Numbered from the stretch's first letter, positions 29,862 through 44,089 are shown. The stretch is DNA of 64,000 bases from the human T2T-CHM13v2.0 reference genome, Homo sapiens (GCF_009914755.1 NC_060929.1), one strand, 5' to 3'. Notes: a model not told the origin generated them from the letters alone. Translations and numbers: made by a program.

Positions 29862-32274
29862 TTGAATGCAGGTTGACTCATACTTCATTTTTACTCCATA
29901 TATGAAAGCATTAATGGTAACTTAAATCCACAGATAACTTATTTGTCTTATTAATCAGAATTGGGTATATCAAGTGTCACCATCAAAAGCAATATAGAGT
30001 TTTTGCAGTAAGGCAAATTTCACTAAGCTAGGAGAAACTGGGGAATCCATATTGTTATTGCAATAACAGTATGTGTCAATGGGTATACAGCATATCCTAA
30101 TGTCTTCAATAACAAGAGGCAACATTTGAGCATTTTTAAAAGTCTCTAATTGTTCAGCACCTAGCCAAAGATTTCGTAGTTACATGTTTTGAAGTGATCC
30201 CTTACCTTCATTCTGTACCCTATCATAATCTACCCTATTCTCTAATGCAATCTATAGAACAAACACTGAAAAGCTGCAAGTCACACTTAATGTAAAATGT
30301 GTTTCTAGAATAGTGACATAGCAGGGGCTCATTAGGTCCCTCCTAATGGATTGACAAAATCCATCATTCAGAAAAGTTCTTATCTGTTTTACACTTAGAA
30401 GTAAGGAATAATACATGGAAACAGTAGAACAATTTCATTTCTGTTAAAAGAATAAAAATATTTTTAAGGTTTTTATCTTGGTCAAATGATTTCAGTTTTC
30501 CTATATGAGAAAATGCAAAAACCAATATACTAATACATAAGTTATCACAGAATCGGTGAGTAAAGCTGGTCTATTCTATTGAATAGAGAAGTATCTCTTA
30601 TGCATAAACACATGGTGTGAACACACGCCCACGTGGCAGCTCAACAAAACCTAGAAGAAAGGGAAATGACCGTGGAAAACTTGGCCATATAAGCATTATT
30701 TCCTTTACACAAAGCCTGCTTCATTCTTTTGGGACTCCTCCAAAAAATGAAGCCATCTCTTTAATTGGCTTAGTTGTGTTACAAACAAGGTTACTTTTCA
30801 TAGCGGCAATTTCATGCTTTCTCCCTTGGTAGAGTAGTTCTGAAAATAAAAGAACTTTCTTTAGCCAGCATCCCCTCTATCAGTTAAAAACAGTGTAGCT
30901 TCTAGTTAATGACCTTAACCTGTCTTCCTCGTTTGCTGGCCTTTTATGGGGATTAGTGGTTCTTGAAGTTGAGTCTCTATAGTAGCTTATCACTTTTGAC
31001 AATGGAAAAATCAGGGCTGAGAATCCTCTTTGGAAAGAATGAACACAAATACTATCTTTAGGGTGCACGTTTAGCATACAGGTACAGCCTGATGCATGCA
31101 AGGAGTCTCTTAACCCTGTATACCTCTTCATGCAAGATTCTGGGATACATAAATGACTTTACTCTGGCTTTAAACTAAATTTGAAACTATAGGATCTAGC
31201 CTGATAACAACAACCAGGCCAGCCAAGGAAATGTCCTGTTCCATGCAGACTAACCTTATAGTTATTTCAGCAATGTAAGTGAAAGGAGGAGAAAGCAATC
31301 CCATTTCTACACCGTAAATTCTCTTTCTTTTGTCAAGGAACTGGATGGGGCCCTGCTCAAATCCCTTTCAAAGGTCACCCGGTCTATGTTGAATCATGGT
31401 ATTCTTGTAAACTCATAGTATGACCTAGAGCTACCCTAAACTTTTAGAAATTCATCATACTATAGTAACACCTTCAAGTGCATGCTTGAATGAATGACAA
31501 AAGGAAGCAAATTGGGACTAGGATTGGAATTAAATTTTTTTATCCTTTTTAAAATATAAATTGAACCTAAATCATATAGACCCTTTGACATCTATTTTTA
31601 AATCCAAATGAAAATTTTTAAACATTCTCCACATTAAATACTAGCTACTTTTTTTAAGAAAGTAGAAAAAAAAGTTGACTTTCTTCTCTCCAATATCCTT
31701 AATGGAAGAATGACTGGATTGATGTGCAGCCAAGGTAACAGGAGACATAGCAAAGGTATTACAGCATGATCAGTTTGAAAATCTAGCACTGAGCATTGCA
31801 AACCTGAAGAGGCTGTAACAGCCTCATGAAGGCACTCACAGAAATCCAGGAAGGTTGTTTGGGATTGAAGTCTGATTCTTTTTTTTCTCTATTTTCTTTT
31901 GTTTTAAACCTAATAGAAATGATGCCTTTTCTGTGGTCATGACCATTTCCCTGAAATTCTGGGGAAATTTGTGGCCAGAAATGGACTTTCAGTAACATTG
32001 TTTCCTGGCGGAATTTAAAAGAATATTTCCACATCCCCTGAACATTCTAAGGCAATGTGTGAAACAGGGGACTTTATTCTGGAAAAAGAGAATCAGAAGT
32101 AAGCCAGCACCAGGAAGGTGATTCCCTAAGGAACTGGACAATTGCACTAATATATCCTTACTTTTACCATCATTACTATAACAGCATTACTTTATAAAGA
32201 GTAACCTCTTTGCAATAATATGCTGCCTTAAGTGAAACCATACAAAAACAAAGGATCATATATTCTCATTCTGC

Positions 32275-32460
32275 TTCTCTGTGCCAGGCCTTTGTGCATC
32301 TGATCTCATTTAATTCTCACCATATGTCTGAGAGGTAAATAATATTGTCCCCACATTATAGAAAAGAAAACCGAGGCTCAAAGAGGTTAAATAGCTTGTC
32401 CAAAGTCCTACAGCCTGTAAATGACAGGTGCAAAAGTTTAGTCCTTAATCTCTTGCCCTT
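32275..32460 (-). mobile_element. MIR
   Basis: ctcatttaattctcac...aaaccgaggctcaaagaggttaaatagcttgtccaaagtc. Confidence 0.8.
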
Positions 32461-35400
32461 GATTTTATAACATATAAACTTCCAGAATAAAGGTTTCACA
32501 CAAATCAAGCCTAATCTCTGTAACAGAAGATAGGCACTAGCCTTTCACAGGGCATCAGATAGGAGAATTAGAGGAATATATCTGTTCTTAGTTCAGAAGA
32601 GGAAGAAGTGCCCAAAGTGGAATAAATTACACCAAAAGTAGTAATGATGTATAAAGATTCAAAGAAAATCAATTGAAAGAAATGAAAACATATAAACATG
32701 TAATAGCTAAAATATCAATAAATAATAAAATAATAAATAACAAAATAAAATGTTTTTAAAAGCAATGAATGTGACATTGTATCTTTAATTCTTGTCTTCT
32801 ACCATATCCCCTAAAAGTAAGATGACTATATATTTTATAAAACTGGATTACTTTTGAATGTGAAAGAAGGCCCCATTAAAAATGATTCTAGTTCAGCATA
32901 GGTAAGCCAGGACTTTTAACCACTCTGACAATGAAGAACGAAGACAGGTTTTATTCTATGGCAATAGTTGCTCTGTTAATAGGGCTGATAATAAACAAAA
33001 CATAAATTTCTTGTGTCTTTAGTAACTACCAAACTTCCCTACAATTTCTAATTTTCCCTCTAAAGCTGGCTTCCTCTAGCTACCAAAATGTTTCCTTTAG
33101 AGAAAACGATATGATGAGGCATTAATGACTGGACATATTACCCTTTCAGGAGTGTTTCTATTTTAACACAAAACTACGCCTCAAGATAAAGGAGTGAATT
33201 TCTAACTGTAGAATATCAGGTATAAGCCACACAGGTATTTGGGGAAGCCAAAAGGCTCCTCAGCATCTGTAAAAATATACTACCCACATGTAAGAAAAGC
33301 CCTACCTATCAATTCACCTCCAGCTGTAAACACAATTGAAACTAACTCCAGGGATGATGTCTTTATGAAAGACCAAAGTTGTTTGGAAACAGATATTGGC
33401 CAATTCAATTGAAGTTGTAAAATATAAGCAAGAGGATATCTTGCATGTCTCAACTCTCAATATTTTTTTTCTATTGACAACTTCAAAAGTTTTCATCAGG
33501 AAAATAGTCATGTGCATAATTGCTTTTCTTGTAAAAGAAAGTCTAAATGTCCCACCAAAATGAATCACCCAATCTAGAAGAGGGTTCTTTCAAATGAGGA
33601 ATCCAAGATCAGGTTAATGACAGATACAAGTGAACAACTATTTACCTAGGAGAGGTACAGAGCAGACTTTGAGACATGCTTAATTAAATTAGTAGTTAGT
33701 GAATAAGTGAGTAAGTAAGTGAACATAAATAAATCTACTACTAGAGACTAAGCCAGATCTCAGACTGATCTACCCAGATCATCTGACTCCAAGTTATGAA
33801 CTCTTTCTATGTGCAAGACTCAATCTCAAGCTCCGAAAAGTAGAAGCACTACTCAGAGAATAATAACTATTAAAACAAAACATAATAAAACTGCAATCGA
33901 TGAAATTATTCACTTCAACTAGAAAGATGAGAGAAATATGTGTATAAAAAGAAAATATATTTATAAATAGAGAGAATTTTGTATTTAGGGATGGATGCAT
34001 TCATAAAATAGAAAAGAATTATTTCTGAGAGCAGAAAGATGAATAAAAAGATTAAATGCTTTAAAACGGGCTAAGGATATAGAGAAATTTGAGTAGAAAT
34101 GAGAAGAAAGACAAAAAGAACGTCTGTTGTTTTCATTTTGTTTAGTAACTATAAAAATGAATGCATCTATCGTAAATGATTAAATAAAATCATATGACAA
34201 AGAGTTACAAACAGCGACATTTGAAAAAAGGAAGAGAGAGGATTTTTAAAGCTAAGGAATACAAATGTACAAAGTTATAACACAAAGAGAGAGAAGAAGA
34301 GATACCTTCAAAATATATGAGGATTGATTAAGTAATGCAGAATAAGCAAAGGAAGTATGACTAAATATAACTTGAAGCAACAGATAAGCTACACAATCTA
34401 TTGGAGAAAAAAATCCAAGCGTGACATTTTAAAATTAAGCATAATTATATGGAAGGAAAGCAAACATCAGAAGTGATAAAGGCAATACACAAGACCATGT
34501 GCAAGAAATAATGATAATAAAAGGACAAAGAGCAGAAAGGAGAAAAAATAAGGAGAAAAGAAATCACAGAAAACAAAGTAAATTTTTTATTCAGAAAATT
34601 CTACCCTAAAACTTCCCATTTCCATACACACACTCTGTAAAGAACCAGACACACAACTCTTTTCCCAGACAGAGAATGCCTTTGCCCCCAGACATAACCC
34701 CTAACCCCCCCTTACAAAAATTCTCCTCTGTGTGCGACCATCTCCTGGGAAAAGCAACTGTTCAGGCAGCAGCGCCTGGGTTGGTCCTTCATTAGAATAG
34801 TTCCCACAGGCATGTGTCCTCGCTAGTCATACACAGGAATCCCATATGGCACAATCTGGATCTCATGGAGGTAAAATCTGCATAAAGTAGGATGAGGCCA
34901 GGGCCAGTACAAAAGCAGAGACATGCATGTAGCGACATTGGCTTTATGCCCTCTGACCCAGCTCTGTGCCTGTTCCCACACTTCCTACAAACCCAAGCAA
35001 GTGTGTCCGAAGGCCTGTAGGTAGCAGCAGTCTGTCACAGGATGAGGATGGGGCTGAAAGGAAGCCCAGAATTAGTCCCCCGACAGTGTGCGGATCAATT
35101 TTAAGGCAGTGGCCTGTCATCCAAAAAGAAAACCTACATGTGGCTGCAATTAACCCCGTTAGCATGTGTCTAGCATTGTCCTACTGCCAAGCAAATGACC
35201 CTGTAGGGAGATGACCAGAGCACAATATTCCTCTGATATCTGAAGATAACAGATTAGCTCAGTTGTCTGCTATCTGTGACTGGACTAATGGACTTCAAGG
35301 TTTCCTTTGTGCATGTATGCCAGCATGTGTGTGGTTTGGAGTAGGTTTTGTTGTTTGTTATTGTTGTTGCTTTCTTTTGTCATCATTTTTTGTCATAATT

Positions 35401-35570
35401 TTAAGTATACCCACCTTGAAATAAAGCTATGCTTATATCTGCAATTCCTGGAAAATATACAGATTGCCAAGGGTTATAAGTCAGTACATATTATGGTACT
35501 ATAAATTTTTAAAAAATATTCCTAAACAAATGTATTAACTAACAAGCATCTCTTAATAGAACCCATATGA

Positions 35571-35633
35571 ACACACACAAACATACACACACACATGCAC
35601 GTGCACGCGCGCACGCATGCGCACGCGCGCGCG

Positions 35634-35677
<44 letters not shown>
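35571..35677. repeat. (CA)n/(CG)n compound microsatellite, Z-DNA-prone
   Basis: Unbroken purine-pyrimidine alternation 35581-35677. Confidence 0.95.
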
Positions 35678-35679
<2 letters not shown>

Positions 35680-38600
35680 GGACACCACTTCCCAGCTGCT
35701 CAGCGTAAGAAAGCAAGGCCAAAGTTATCCTCCCAACTTGGAAGTCAGATCTCTAGCTTGTGCCAGTATTTGTGTGTTGCTTGGTAGTCCTTGAATGAAA
35801 GAAACTAGAAACATTTAAAAAGTGTGAATTAATCAATTCTTGGTACCAGCCAATTATTCCATAGTTGGCACTTTTATAATTAAAATTCAAAACTGCATGA
35901 AAAATTATGACTAAAGCCCATGTTTTAATTCAGGGGTGGGCATTTTATTTTTGGAAACAAAAATGCCTCCTAAATTTTCCTAATTCTTCTGCTGACATTT
36001 TAAATACTTCAATATAATACAGTTTCAAAATTCTTTATTAAACATTTTTCCTCTTATGGTTTAAAACAGAATCTTTATTTTGATGGAAAAGAAATTTTAA
36101 ACCTTCTCCAGCAAGCTTTTTGGTGTCCACTGCATGTTTGAAAAGCAATAAGGACGCCATGGAAGGGCATTTAATTATTCAGGAACAAGGGGAAACAGCC
36201 ATCTCTCCTTGCCAGGCATCCTGGGCTCCTAGGATATGACATGGAGCATCCTCCAACTCACATGCCCTCTCAGTGTTCTGGATTCTCATCCAACAGATTA
36301 TCTTTCTGAAGATGATTTGGCCTTGATTTGCCATTCATCTTCAAACATGACACAAAATCCAGACAAACTGCCGCACCTGAATTTTAAGACGTACTCCTCA
36401 CAAAATAGCAAAAGAAAGCTGCTGCATGGGGTACTAAAATACAGCAGAATTCATTTGCTATGCAGCTGCAAGCACAAGCACAGTTATCATAAATGCCCAT
36501 TAATGCATACTCCATGTGCTGGACACTTGGCGGGGCTGCTAATCACAGTGTCCTGCAGCCCATCCCGCCCACCCCACTCCCCTCTTCAGTAGGAGTGTCA
36601 TACTGGCATTCTTGTTTTGCCAGAATATGTTTGACCCACTCCAACATGGGGTGGAGAGTGAAAGAAAAAAATGATAAAGGATAGGGGAGTGAATGAAAGA
36701 AAATGAGGACCATTGTTTTTTAACATACTTAATAATAACATCCAATTTGAAATCACCTAAGGGACTTTTTTGGTTCTGTTTTTTGGTTGTTTTCTGAACT
36801 GAACCACAATTACATTTGCAAGGAAGAATAAATTGCATCCTTAAATATTGTATTACTTTAAGAAATTTTAAGTATGTTATCCACTAATGCTTTCTAATGC
36901 ATTTTAAAGGTATTATAGTGACTCTTAACTGAGTAAAATTATATGACATATAGGTTGCTATCATTGTCTTTATGAAGAGATCTACAAGATGTTTTCTAAA
37001 AATGTTTCTAACCTAATATTATCTTCATTTATCAAGTAACTAAAATTTAAAACACAACAAGATGGCATCTGTAGACAAAATTGTACACCAAGGACTATAC
37101 TATACGTTTTTGCTAAGTTGAATGTTCCAATAAAAAGTTTGGAATATTTCATATGCTGTAAGGCCTTTTAGACAAAACTGAAAGATAGGCTGTGGTTATG
37201 CTCATAGACAGTTTACTGGCAGGAAACAGAGAGATATTGGGATTGTCCCCCATCAGAATAAATCTCTTTCACTGGAGATCTCCAGAATTCTATCATTAAT
37301 ATTGTGTTTTGTTAGGTTAAATGATACTGGCTCCAACCATCTGCTTTTAAGATATAGACACCCAACTAAGAAGGCTCTAAGTGACTCTCTAACACCTTCA
37401 TCTTTATGAGTGGCCTGAGGGCATTTCTTGTCCCGATTGGAGGTATTTGTAGGAGAAGGGAGAAAGACCCAACCCTGAAAAGTACTGAGATTCATTGAGA
37501 ACAAAGGATGTCACCTCTCCCTTATACTTAAGAGATATTCCCTAGTTCTCTATTTAAATGGCAGTATGGCCAGGCCACCCTCTGTCCTATAGAGGACAGG
37601 AATGCTTAGTCATGGGGGAGGGGTTCCTTCCCTACAGCATTCTTCCATAATGCCCTGAGGGGCATTTTTTGCTCTGTCTTCATAGAACTCTGAAGGACTA
37701 TTTTTTTGTATTATTTGTCACCTTACATGTTTTACCATATAGAACTTACAAAATTCCAATTTGACCTTTAAAGCCACTCTATCTTTTTTAAACAGATATC
37801 CATCTGTTTGCAGTGATTTTCAGATGAAAATGAGGGTCCCAGTGGTCTTCTCGTTAACAGTGACTTTCCTGATTTCTGACTCTCACTGTAATGCACTAAA
37901 ACCATGAACATTTCAGTCAATTAACTTCATAATCTGTCCTAAGATTGCTCAATTTTGCTCTTGAAATTTTCTTCATTCTATTAATGCTGTTTTAACACAG
38001 AGCATTTTAGAATAGAGAAAATAGAAGTTAACTACTTTGAAGGCAAACTGTAAAGTCATACTCTCCCTAAAACCCTATACCTGACACAATTAACAGATTG
38101 ATTCTAACGCACTGAAGGGTGCATTCTTTCTGTGCCACTGCCCTAAAGGCTCTTGGAAATTCAGAAGGCAGCCATCTCTCCCAGCCTCCCATCCCATCAC
38201 CTCAGCAACAGAAACCCTCGGATGCACAGGTCACTCCACTTGAGGCTTTGACAAGAACACATTCCCCGTGGGTGGTCTGGCTTTTACAAGTGTTTGGGCA
38301 CAAATACATTAATGTGACCTTTTTTAAAAGCAGCTGATCTTTCTCTGCATTCATGGAACAATCATCACACCAATTCTCTGCTTTCTAAAATATTGTCCTT
38401 AAAATCTAGCAATGCCAAATACTGCACAATTTCAGATTGTTGTTGATTCCTGGATTTCCATTATCCTTCTGCCAACCAGTCAAAAGCTTATGCATTGTAT
38501 TCATGTTTTCAGCTCTGCTGTTCTTGGAGCATCTCCATGCTTTGCTGCACTGCAATGATATTTAGTGTCCTGTCAGTTCCCCAGTGGCAAGGAGTGCAAC

Positions 38601-41149
38601 CAAATGGTTTTGCTACTTAATCGGCACAAACTGCAAGCACTTAGAAACCAGGCACAGGAGGGGCTATTCCTGACAACAGTATCAAAAATGCATCCAAATA
38701 AGTAAAATGACTTGGACTATTGACAAGCAAAGAGCGCTCCTAAACTTTTGTTCTAATTTTTAAAAAAATAATATTTCAGGATCCAGCTTTATATACTGAT
38801 ATCTGCAAATGAAGTTAATTCAATCTAGATGAGACACTGGGCATATTTCTCATTCATATAACAGGTTGTTCAGAGTCTCAGAAAGTATTAAAATATTTTC
38901 TTCATGATTGGAAGGAAACATTATTTGCAACAGCTGTAACCTGAGGGCGAAAATACCTAATTCACTCGTAGATTATTAAAAAGCAGCAGGACGTACTCAA
39001 AATGAAAGGACCTTAGTTCTTCAGATTGAGGTGACTAGTTAAGGAGAGAAACAGCAGGACTTTTCAAGGGGTTTTTTTGAGGTCTGAGTTCTAAGGAAGT
39101 TGCAAAAGCTTCTTAAAGTTCTGGTGGTTCAGCAAAGAAGCTACCAAATTAATTTGATTGCTTTTAAAAGAGGGGAAAGGAGAAAGAGTGAACAGTGAAT
39201 TATTCACAAGGCCCCATTAACTAAAATGTGTATGTATGTGTGTTTTGTGTGTATGTGTGTTTTTTATGTGTATATGTGTGTTTTAAACTGACTTTAAAAG
39301 TCACTGACTTTCACAAAACACAAATAGATGGGTCAACTTCAAAGGAAATCTAAAGTGAAGGACAAGTAGACACAAAAGCCTATTTTAGATACCTATCCAC
39401 CAACCCCTGAACTTCCTGTTACCAAAAAACAACCCATCCTCCTCCTGTCTCATGATGCTGCATGTGTTTCACGCTCTCCTCCTTGTTACTGAAAATGTCC
39501 TTTCTTTCCTCCTTTGTTCTGTCCAAGCCTCTATTTCTACTCTTTCCTCCCTTCCCCGTAACCTCTGCCATTCTTCAGCAGACTCTTGCTCTGTGCCATG
39601 ACCTTGCCCATGTTCTTTCAGGTCAGAGATTCTTGAACTTCTCCCTGACCCTGACTCTTGTTCCGGCTCTATTCTTGTCCTAGAGCTGATTGCCAGAGGG
39701 CTTCCTGGCAGGCTTCTGGGAGGACTGAGGGCAGTGTCAGCCTGGCTAGACTTTCTGATCCATGCACTTAAGCCCCTTATTGACAGCAGCTTCCCAGAGG
39801 TGGAAAGCATGAGTCAATTTTGAACTTGAAAATTTTGCATGGTTTCCAACTGTCCTGAATGTATTCTTCTGTTTCATGTGATTATCAGTTTGCAGCATGC
39901 TGCTGGCTACCTAAATCCCATGCAAATCACTTGCAAGATGTAGGCTCAGTGAAAAACACTCTCCCACATGTACAATTAGAACCAAGCATTATTCCCTACA
40001 AATCTAGCTCTAAGAAATGAAAAAGGGAGGTTATTATTATTTTTAATATTAATAGCAACTATTAACCATTAATTTAGCCTAAATCATCTGCAAGGGAAAT
40101 CTGTGCTGCTTGCTTGTTAGTTGAACGGAGTGCATGATAATGTTCTGTTGTGTGCTATGTGGCATATTCAGTTGCTAGGTTACCCAGAGCATCAGGAATT
40201 CAGGGAACAATGTACTTATATCTTTTTCAATTTTGAAAAATAAAATAGGTATTGACATAAAATACAGTGTGGCACTGAAGTAATTTTGTAGTGGAGAGAT
40301 CAGAGGAAGGGGGCCTTTCATCTCAGTGACAGCAGTTTACTCCTCGTTGTGACTTACTGAGGGCAGTGGCAGGACAGCACAATAGGATGTCAGTCTCTGG
40401 CAGAATGCTTGTGGTCCCTGTACCCCAGCAACTGTTTCTTGAGTCAGGCTCCCCAAAGCCATCCAGCAGCTGCTGTTCTGAGCTATGTCAACTGGTCCTA
40501 CAGAAACCCTTGACAGGTCCAGTGATGTATGAGCATGCAAGGGAAAAGCCAAACCTTTCATGTTAAGAACAAGTATGACAGATCTGGCTAAGGTCCTCAG
40601 TTGGCCGAGGCCATGCCAGGAGCTTTTTTAAAATGATTATTATTGTTATCACCTTCGTACTCAGAGATAATGTCATAATGTACAGTCAGCCATTGTGTGA
40701 TCCAAATGATTGATGCCACTTGGACATGAATTGGTGGGGTTAATAATGGTCTTTCAGTGGGGCCCAGCATGGGAGGAAGCTCTCTCAGAAAGGCTGCCTT
40801 CACTTTGATATTCTGCTCAAGACAGGAAGGTGGACTTCTAGAAGTCAACACTCCATCATCCTCTACTTCTGAAAGCATCCCCAGGGCCCTGGTGAGAACT
40901 AGGGGTGGGGAAACCACAAAAGTTCCTTTCTGTTCTTTCCAAAAGTACATTTGCTTGTGTTCAACCTTCAGCAGTGGATGTAATCATAGAAGTTCCATTG
41001 AGGTATGCACTGTTAATTCTCTGATGAAAAAACAGCTACTTTTGGAAGGTATAGTTCAAGAATCCAAACAAGGGATCTGCCCCATCCCCAGCAGCATTAT
41101 TCAGTCAGAACCCAAACTAGAGGGGGTTACATCCATGTTCTTTAATCTA

Positions 41150-41700
41150 TTAATCATGGCATTATATTGAGCACCTACAGCCAGACATTGTGCTAATGCT
41201 GAGAGAAAGTCAACAGTGATTAAGATAATATTCTTATTTTTAAGGTTATTAAAACCAGTTGGGGATACTGTAATACATTTAAAGAAAGAAAATGCAGGAT
41301 GGAGAAGATTGTCATTTATTTTATACCTATGTGGTAGGTACTACAATGCAATTAGGCAAAACTTTGGGAAATTGAAATTGAATCTAAGAGATGGTGTCTT
41401 GTCCAAAGTCACACAAACGGGTAGAGAACAAGGATTCTAACCTAGATCTTTCTGAGCCTTCTTTCTCCTACTCTATTTCCCAGTGTTCAGATAACACTAT
41501 GTGGTGAGAATTATTTTTTCAAAAACTAATACAAAGTACTACAAAAATTGAGAAAAGATAGCTTGTGAACGAGGCCATCAGAGAAGGCTTCTTGAAATAT
41601 ATGGTGAAATGTATGGTGAAATCTCCTTCCTTGAAGAAGGAGAGAATTTAGAATGAAAGAAGAGTGGGCCATAAAAATCTTGTTGTGAGTTATTTTTTTC
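41150..41700 (-). mobile_element. L2 fragments with an embedded MIR fragment (~41340-41460)
   Basis: tattgagcacctac...cattgtgctaatgctg; cttgtccaaagtcacac...ggattctaacctagatct. Confidence 0.5.
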
Positions 41701-42349
41701 TGTCTGGAGACTCACTACGCCTTTGTTTTAGCACTTCCAAAAAGGAGAACTACTCTTTAAAATGACTAAACTTGGACAGCTTGCACCATTAAGTAGCAAC
41801 ATTCATTTTTCTCAAACACTGCAGTTCACCTGTCTCACTGAAAGATATTATTAAGCCATCACCATATAAGCATCCTTCATCTTGAATTTCCTTTTTGGCT
41901 TTATACCTACATCCAGTGATATCTTTCCTGCAAAGGGCCTAAAGCACTTAAAAACAGATGATATTATTACTATTTTACCAACAATGACATTGAATTGTAT
42001 CCACTATGTCTAACACTGTCTGTCCCTGGAATTATCATATGTACTAGTGATAAGGATTATTCTTTATGAACAGAAAAAACACAGGTGCACTGAGCCTTCC
42101 CAGGTAATGAAATAAGGCAGAATTGCTTTATAAATACAGAGTAGATGTGCAATAAATAGTGAATAAGATCAACTCTAACAACACATCAACATCCTCAAAA
42201 GCAACCTAGCTGAGGGTCCCACTTCTTTTCATTCTGAGTCTATTAATCCTGTCAGTCTTCAACTGCCTTCCATAGCCGTCATAGGAAAGCCCAAATTCAT
42301 CAGCATGGCATCTAGGGTCGCTCCACAGTTTGACACTAGTCTGGACTGA

Positions 42350-42816
42350 CATTTCCCAAAGTCTCTTCCTTATGTAAGTCTAAGTTAGTTGGATACAAGA
42401 GAAAGTGCCCAAGGAACTCCCAAGGAAGCCAAAAGTGCAGCAGGAGCTATGATGTCATGAAGGTTAGTGGGTATTGGTGCCAGGCTCCATCACCACTCAC
42501 ACACTCTATGCCAGTCTGCTGGATCACCTTCTGCAGGGTACTTACATCAAAGTTGAAGGCAGTGATAGATGAAGGTTCCAAATTGTTCTCATGTGCTCCC
42601 ATTTGTCTTCTCTCTCCTCCTCTTTGCGTCCAGCTTCTTTTCCAAACTGCTGATCCTGCTGACCTTCACGCCCACCCCCAGAAGCGTAGCCAACAATCTT
42701 CCATAGACTTCTTCAGCTCTGATAATTATATGAGGTCTAATCCCTATAATAAACTCCTTATTTCATATTATTCTTACTGTGTCTCTTTCCCTGATAATGC
42801 TCTAATAAATACACTA
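42350..42816 (+). mobile_element. Old ERVL/MaLR-type LTR (subfamily not assigned)
   Basis: LTR-like 3' end ccctataataaactcc...ctaataaataca. Confidence 0.45.
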
Positions 42817-42827
42817 ACCTATATACC

Positions 42828-43550
42828 TGCAACGGACTGAATGTCTAAACTCCTCCAAAATTCATGTGTCAAATTCTAACCCTACATTACAGTATCAGGA
42901 GGTAAGGCCTAATATGTTTGGCTTTGTGTCCCCACCCAAATCTCATCTTGAATTCCCATAATCCCCATGTGTCTTGGGAGGGACCCAGTGGAAGGTAATT
43001 GAATCATGAATGTGCTTACCCTCATGCTGTTCTCACAATAGCGAGCAAGTTCTCACAAGATCTGAAGGTTTTTTAAGGAGATTTTCCCCCTTTGCTCAGC
43101 ACTTCTCCTTCCTGCTGCCCCCTGAAGAAGGTGCCTTTCTTCCCCTTTGCTTTCTGCCATGATTGTAAGTTTCCTAAGGCCTTCCCAGCCATGCAAAACT
43201 GTGAGCCAATTAAACCTCTTTTATTTATAAATTACCCAGTCTTGGGTATTTCTTCATAGCAGTATGAGAACAGACTAATACAGGGTCTTTAGGAGGTTAC
43301 TACGTTACATACTATGTTACAGATTAGTGTCCTTAGAAAGGTACCCTAGAGAGCTCTCTCACCCTCTTTTCATCATGTGAGGATATGCTGAGAAGTCAGC
43401 ATGCAATCAGCAACCCAGAAAAGGGACCACATTCGAACCCAATCACTCTGGCACCTGGATCTCAGACTTCCAACCTTCAGAAACCAATTTCTGTTGTTTA
43501 TAAGCCACCTAGCCTATAGTACCTCATTATAACAGCCTGAACTAAGACAG
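42828..43550 (+). mobile_element. MLT1A-like LTR split by a THE1 LTR
   Basis: ggactgaatgt...ccaaaattcatgtg; resumes at 43283; ends taagccacctagc...aactaagaca. Confidence 0.8.
42910..43282 (+). mobile_element. Solo THE1D/MST-type LTR
   Basis: taatatgtttggctttgtgtccccacccaaatctc...cagactaataca; degenerate TSD aggcc / gggtc. Confidence 0.9.
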
Positions 43551-43562
43551 TACCCTTAATCA

Positions 43563-43643
43563 TCTTTATATTCCATTCTTCCTCAAAAGAGAAGTAATGA
43601 TAACTTCTCTTTATATTCCACAACTCAAAGAGAAGTTATCATT
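43563..43643. repeat. Interlocked direct and inverted repeats
   Basis: aatgataacttctcttt 43596-43612 / aaagagaagttatcatt 43627-43643 (perfect 17-bp IR); tctttatattcca at 43563 and 43608. Confidence 0.9.
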
Positions 43644-43693
43644 CAATTTCATTCTATTGCTTCCCCCTAGGATGCCATTCCTTGCTTCCCTAT

Positions 43694-44072
43694 TGCTATG
43701 GTTTGAGTGTGTTCTCTCAATTCATGTGTTGTAAACTTTATTCCCAATGCAACTGTGTTGTGAGATGAAGCCTAATAAGAAAGAATTGTGTCACAAGGAC
43801 AGAGTCCTCATGAAAGGATTAATGTCTTTATTGTGGTAGTCGGTTAGTTATTGCAAGAGTGTGTTATTATGAAGGGAGTTCACCTTTCTCACTATCTCCC
43901 ACATGCTTTCTTCCACCTGTTGCCTTCCACCATGGAGTGACTCTTGCCAGATGACAGCACCATGCTCTTGGACATCTTCACCTCCAGATCCATGAGCCAA
44001 ATAAACTTCTGTTCTTTATAAATTACCTAGTCTATGGTATTCTGTTATAGCAGCAGAAAACAGACTAAGGCA
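43694..44072 (+). mobile_element. MST (MSTC/D-like) MaLR solo LTR
   Basis: tgctatggtttg...cagactaaggca; TSD cctat / cctac. Confidence 0.85.
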
Positions 44073-44089
44073 CCTACATTTGAGATGAT

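Noticed and set aside
33850-34590. Strongly A/G-skewed stretch
   Set aside because: No ORF or periodicity; plausibly ancient L1-type remnant or low complexity, cannot be supported.
40597-41170. Overlapping 117-aa and 137-aa ORFs in unique sequence
   Set aside because: No recognisable homology or exon structure; lengths compatible with chance.
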